Both the position numbers and the translations under genes were made by a program. From Trichodesmium erythraeum IMS101 (GTDB taxonomy: Bacteria; Cyanobacteriota; Cyanobacteriia; Cyanobacteriales; Microcoleaceae): a stretch of DNA of 32,000 nucleotides. This document shows positions 28,901 to 32,000 of this stretch, piece after piece. The stretch is taken from contig NC_008312.1 in assembly GCF_000014265.1 (NCBI RefSeq), positions 2,880,001-2,912,000 on the forward strand, in the 5' to 3' direction. The stretch's first letter is position 1. Every line of letters begins with the position of its first letter. A model generated the notes under the pieces. It saw nothing but the letters and a program-made list of their open reading frames with translations. It was not told where the DNA came from and made no database searches.

Positions 28901-31900
28901 TTCATCCGTATTGCTGTCATTTATGGAACTTGTCAGTACTTCTCCCTCACTGTCGTAAAGATAAAGTTGACCATTATCATCCATCCCTGTTAGATTGAGA
29001 CTAACATCGCTATCTTGAGTCAAGGTGAATTTATAGTAGTCATTGGGGTCGACATTCCCTACCCAATTACTAAGCGTCTTAGGAGTAGATATATCACCTA
29101 TATCCCCTGCTGTTTCTCGGGTGTTTCCTCCAGAGTCAGGAATAGTGGTTGCCGATGCCGTTAAATTGTAGTTAACGCTAGTTGCTTCCCGGCTATATAA
29201 TTTATAGCGCCAGACCCCAACATAATATGTACCCGGGTTCAAGTTAGTGATAATAGCTTCATCCGTATTGCTGTCATTTCTGGAACTTGTCAGTACTTCT
29301 CCCTCACTGTCGTAAAGATAAAGTTGGCCGTTGCTATTCATTCCTGTTAGATTGAGGTCAACCTCACTATCCTCAGCCAGACTAAACTTGTAGTAATCAC
29401 TGACATCGAAGCTACCTACCCATTCAGTCTGGTTGAAAGTTGTTAAAGCTCCAATATCTTTTGCTGTCTCCAAGTCGTTGCCGACCAAATCTTCTGCCCG
29501 GGAAGTAGCTGATATTTGGAAATTGTAGGGGGTACCTACGACTCCACTGTAACGCTCTACTTCAACGAAATAGTTACTGGGAGTTAAGTTAATAGCTATC
29601 CCATCATCGGCATTACCCTCTTGTGAAGAAGAGGACAGACTTTTTTCCTTATTATCGAACAGTTTCAGATTAGCATTGCCACTCATTCCCGTCAAACTCA
29701 TATCAACTGTACTATTTTCACTTACAGCGAACATATAGTAGTCAGTGCCATCAATATCTCCCACCCAATCATTAACTATTGTTTCTCCTAAGGTCCCTAA
29801 ATCTAGTGCTTGGTCAGGATTTTCTCCAGCACCATTATCTGGCAGTGGAGTTCCCACCACCTGTAAATTGTAGTTAGTTTTAGCGTTGTTAATGCTTTGA
29901 ACCTCAATAAAATAAGTTCCTGGACTCAAATTTTTGACAATACTTTCATCAGCTTTTTGCAGCGTCTCCGACCTGGCGATACTACTACTGCTTTCGCTGT
30001 TATAAAGATATAGATCGGCATTCTTGTTCAACCCCGTCAAATCAATTTGAACCTGGCTACCGCTACCCTCTACCTGAAACTTATAGAAATCATTCAGGTC
30101 ATCTACAAACCCGTGGGGGTTACCCACATATTCAGTTTTTGCTATGGGAGTAGCACTGACCGCACCAATATTCAGGGCAGTATTGCGGTTCCAGCCCGTA
30201 ATTTGCGGCACTGGATATTCTAGTGGCAATGCTGACATTTCCAAGTCATAGTTGGTGTTGCCTCCGTCATCCTTCCAAACTAAACCATAATAAGTACCAG
30301 GTAATAATTTTATATCAATTGCTTCCTCTTTATTCTCCGACTCCTCAGACTTTTGTAGCAAATCTCCATCGCTGTCGTACAAGTAGAGGTTGGCATTAGC
30401 GCTCAAACCCTTGAGATTTAAATTGAGACGACTTCTGTCATCAAGTTCTATCTTGTAGTAGTCGTGGGTATCTTCCGAGACGCCATAGAAATCACCCACC
30501 CAGTCTGAGAACTTCTGAGTTTTATTACCAAGGACACCAACTTTTCGCCCTTTATTTAGTTTGTTGCCCGCATTGTCCTGGGGTACAGGACTCAGGGAGA
30601 CTTTTTCTTTGCTAACATTGTTAGTCTCGTTGACTTCCCTCAATACATCTTGGTCGTCAGCGATCGCCCCAATAAAATATTTCTTAACTCCACTGACGCT
30701 GGCCACTGGTAAAGTCAACTGCTTGTTGATGGTAGTACTCTTCTTACCCCCCAAAGATGTGACCATCTTAGAACCGAGTAACTCATCACTGGTAGTAATT
30801 TCATTATCCTCTGACACATAAAATCCCACCCGGAAATCATCAAGCTTACCACCAGCATTATTCAAAGTGACTTTGGCATTAAACTTTTGTCCGGGGTTAA
30901 CAGTTTTTTCCTGCACATCAAAACCGCTAACAATCAAATCGCTGGAAAGATCAACACCCACTCTCTGACTGCCGGTATTATTCAGTTCGTTATTTTCGAC
31001 AATAGCGTCCTGAACATCCACCATCATACCCAGATAGTAGTCTCCAGAGCCCTGCCAGAAATTGTCCCCGGACTCTGGCAGAGTCAATTGCTTCGCCAAC
31101 TTCTTGGTATTCTTATCACCGGAAAGAGACTTAACCTTGGCAGTCCCCAAGAGGAAATCTCCCTTGTCTATACCCTCATCTTTGGACAAATAAAATCCAA
31201 CCTCAAAAGCATCTGCCTTAGTATTACCGATGTTATTAACCTGGTAATTAACCTTAAGTCTCTCCCCGGCTTTTAATCCATCTTGCACATCCAGGGCTTC
31301 AAACTTCAAACTAGACAAATCTACAGTTTTCTGTGTTACCCCCAGAGTTAATTCGTAATCAGTTTTAGCTCCAGAAACCGGGAAAATTGCCGCATAATAA
31401 GTCCCTGCTTCTAACTTTTTCTTAATATTTTCAGCTTTGAGACCTTTGGCAGTAGATTCATCAAGGGTGTTCTTATTATCCAGCAATAACAAATTTGCAT
31501 CTCCATCCAGGCCATCCAAAGACAAATTAACATCACTGGTTTCAGTCAGTTTAAAACTGTAGAAATCTGCTTGGTCTATAAGGCTACCTTCTTTGAACCC
31601 TACCCTATTGTTTTGTGTCACCTGGTCTTGCAAATTAAGAGTCCCTAATTGCTGGGCATTCTGACGATTATTAAAATCATCCTTCTGAAGATTAGTTGTT
31701 ACTTCTAAATTGTAATTAGTCTTAACCTTTCCCCCATTTGGTTTCACACCAATATAATAATTTCCTGGCTGCAAAATCTCGTTGATAATTTCATTTCTCT
31801 TACCTTTATTGTTAGAAACTTCTATTTCTCCCCCATCATTTCCTACCAAGAATAAATTAGCATCACCGGTTAAACCATCTAGAGTAATATTAACCCCCCT

Positions 31901-32000
31901 TTGTTCTGCTAAACTGAAATTATAGAAATCCCCAACATCCCGGATATTTTGGGAAGATTCAAAACCAATTTCGTCCTTTTTAACAATCTTTTGATTTCCC
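25931..32000 (-). CDS. Giant PPC-repeat protein (more than 2,020 aa; the 5' end lies outside the window) with about 16 PPC domains and two CARDB-like domains
   Basis: The reading frame stays open from 31849 to the window edge: ...GNQKIVKKDEIGFESSQNIRDVGDFYNFSLAEQRGVNITLDGLTGDANLFLVGNDGGE.... The TTG at 31849 in the ORF track is therefore internal. PPC anchors (DFYSFKL, DYYKIEL, DFYKFQV, DYYMFAV, DYYKFSL, DYYKFTL x2, DYYKFSV x2, DFYQFVL, DYYQFVI, DYYKFDI, DFYQFTL, DYYKFNL) are spaced at roughly 110-120 aa. The stop is at 25931. Confidence 0.85.
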   Translation of the reverse strand, partial: GNQKIVKKDEIGFESSQNIRDVGDFYNFSLAEQRGVNITLDGLTGDANLFLVGNDGGEIEVSNNKGKRNEIINEILQPGNYYIGVKPNGGKVKTNYNLEVTTNLQKDDFNNRQNAQQLGTLNLQDQVTQNNRVGFKEGSLIDQADFYSFKLTETSDVNLSLDGLDGDANLLLLDNKNTLDESTAKGLKAENIKKKLEAGTYYAAIFPVSGAKTDYELTLGVTQKTVDLSSLKFEALDVQDGLKAGERLKVNYQVNNIGNTKADAFEVGFYLSKDEGIDKGDFLLGTAKVKSLSGDKNTKKLAKQLTLPESGDNFWQGSGDYYLGMMVDVQDAIVENNELNNTGSQRVGVDLSSDLIVSGFDVQEKTVNPGQKFNAKVTLNNAGGKLDDFRVGFYVSEDNEITTSDELLGSKMVTSLGGKKSTTINKQLTLPVASVSGVKKYFIGAIADDQDVLREVNETNNVSKEKVSLSPVPQDNAGNKLNKGRKVGVLGNKTQKFSDWVGDFYGVSEDTHDYYKIELDDRSRLNLNLKGLSANANLYLYDSDGDLLQKSEESENKEEAIDIKLLPGTYYGLVWKDDGGNTNYDLEMSALPLEYPVPQITGWNRNTALNIGAVSATPIAKTEYVGNPHGFVDDLNDFYKFQVEGSGSQVQIDLTGLNKNADLYLYNSESSSSIARSETLQKADESIVKNLSPGTYFIEVQSINNAKTNYNLQVVGTPLPDNGAGENPDQALDLGTLGETIVNDWVGDIDGTDYYMFAVSENSTVDMSLTGMSGNANLKLFDNKEKSLSSSSQEGNADDGIAINLTPSNYFVEVERYSGVVGTPYNFQISATSRAEDLVGNDLETAKDIGALTTFNQTEWVGSFDVSDYYKFSLAEDSEVDLNLTGMNSNGQLYLYDSEGEVLTSSRNDSNTDEAIITNLNPGTYYVGVWRYKLYSREATSVNYNLTASATTIPDSGGNTRETAGDIGDISTPKTLSNWVGNVDPNDYYKFTLTQDSDVSLNLTGMDDNGQLYLYDSEGEVLTSSINDSNTDEAIITNLNPGTYYVRVWRYKSYSREATSVNYNLTASATTIPDSGGDTLETAGDMGDISTPKTLSNWVGSADPNDYYKFTLTEDSNVNLNLTGMDDNGQLYLYDSEGEVLTSSINDSNTDEAIITNLNPGIYYVRILRYKSYSREATSVNYNLTASATTLPNSAGDDFETARDLGMVSAAQTIRDWVGDLQYDDYYKFSVAANSSINLKLAGLTANTGLYLYDSKEKLIGSSDNDSNADESIVYNLASGNTYYVKVEGRSPYYGGDNTYYNLELSATPLTYSPDNIVGNTEAQTKNIGALGATQSFTDFVGNQYVDRDKNDFYQFVLGETSTVNLNLGSMTADADLVLLDSEYSQITESSQLTNVDEVIIRNLQAGTYIAGVKSIENGNTGYNLQLSATAHPDGAGDTVGTARLIGTLAGPQTFNDWIGNVDEKDYYQFVIDAVSTVNINLGGMTGNGNIGLYDIEESPLLYSQNTENADDVIVADLNPGTYYVQVWNDRGNFGTNYSLQLSPTVRVDNAGGADSPLDLGALTTINATNWVSPGIDEEDYYKFSVGENSAVSLNLTGLTDAINFNLYNSAMEEIASAPNDENTETAIAKNLTPGNYLVEISNFWGNGTEYNFVATATPISDNAGNDFDVARNIGAVSATQAFSDWVGRIDRNDYYKFDIPQNSEVTINLTGLASDADLYLYDSQENEIVSSTNDDTNNELITEKLPSGTYYALVWQSSGHTNYNLDFSATPLTYSAPNIVGNTEAQTKNIGALGEAQTFTDFVGISQNIDSDKEDFYQFTLAEDSTVSLSLNGLSANADLTLRNNEYYWLDDSTNFLNASENITRNLVAGTYIVEVESIGDASTGYNLQLSAVAHPDAAGNTFDTSKPVENLAEVQTFNDWVSNIDENDYYKFNLSEKRTVNIELSGLSDEASLYLYNSSGDTFSYDANGHYQGSSYVWKINSGEMGSISRLLNSGNYFVGVFYESYNGLGTNYSLSMSAT
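28431..29400 (-). repeat. About 2.7 near-identical tandem copies of a 357-bp (119-aa, one PPC domain) unit inside the giant gene
   Basis: The string gtggttgccgatgccgt... recurs at 28431, 28788 and 29145, exactly 357 nt apart. The protein copies are ...TSVNYNLTASATTIPDSGG(N/D)T(R/L)ETAGD(I/M)GDISTPKTLSNWVG..DPNDYYKFTLT(Q/E)DS.V.LNLTGMDDNGQLYLYDSEGEVLTSSINDSNTDEAIITNLNPG.YYVR..RYKSYSREA. Confidence 0.9.
30590..31324 (-). other. Pair of CARDB-like domains interrupting the PPC array of the giant protein
   Basis: LKFEALDVQDGLKAGERLKVNYQVNNIGNTKADAFEVGFYLSKDEGIDKGDFLLG...YYLGMMVDVQDAIVENNELNN and a second copy, FDVQEKTVNPGQKFNAKVTLNNAGGKLDDFRVGFYVSEDNEITTSDELLG...YFIGAIADDQDVLREVNETNN. These fit the CARDB pattern V.N.G...a..f.V.fYlS.D..i...D.lLg...YY....vD....v.E.nE.NN. 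Confidence 0.6.

Noticed and set aside
17238-31276. Many 60-150-aa plus-strand ORFs in the track, for example 17238-17531, 17248-17598, 19387-19599, 22869-23318, 27968-28225 and 30887-31276
   Set aside because: All lie antisense within the long minus-strand PPC genes and have low-complexity, non-protein-like translations. They are shadow ORFs. The same applies to 3058-3288(-), 4880-5134(+), 9674-9901(-), 10932-11135(-), 14217-14408(+) and 15986-16222(-), which sit inside the ferredoxin, patB and dnaE genes.
31849-31849. The TTG at 31849 given by the ORF track as the start of the giant gene
   Set aside because: The frame remains open, and still encodes a PPC domain, up to nt 32000. The true start is outside the window.

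Overview
AT-rich cyanobacterial chromosomal DNA carrying HIP1 octamers (GCGATCGC at 1422, 1762, 2011, 7438, 7986 and inside several genes). From memory, the split dnaE with three inteins matches Trichodesmium erythraeum; that assignment is an inference, not a search result.

Layout:
(1) 1-2300: the 3' tail of a secreted-repeat-protein gene, then about 2 kb of decayed IS fragments from at least three families.
(2) 2300-6440: a very AT-rich promoter region, a nif-type 2[4Fe-4S] ferredoxin, a MITE-like palindrome, a truncated IS630 ORF, and a 530-aa ferredoxin-domain plus HTH regulator with PatB/CnfR architecture.
(3) 6440-8236: a small membrane-protein ORF and a pair of ~180-bp direct repeats.
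(4) 8237-16291: an 8,055-nt dnaE-n ORF. Only 789 of its 2,684 codons are DNA polymerase III alpha extein. The rest is intein 1 (1,365 aa, containing about 18 in-frame tandem copies of a 171-bp/57-aa unit), intein 2 (428 aa) and the 102-aa N-half of the naturally split DnaE intein.
(5) 16292-17003: an ISAs1 transposase relic and a truncated paralog start.
(6) 17004-32000: four consecutive minus-strand genes for large acidic proteins built almost entirely from pre-peptidase C-terminal (PPC, collagenase-CBD-like) domains, at least 30 in total. One also carries vWA and cadherin-like modules and one a CARDB pair. No catalytic domain is recognisable, and the three complete genes show no N-terminal signal peptide.

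The two most unusual items are the repeat-expanded intein and the PPC-only gene array. As far as I recall, the multi-intein split dnaE, including a repeat-bearing intein, has been described for Trichodesmium, so it is remarkable but probably not new. I am not aware of a functional description of the PPC array.
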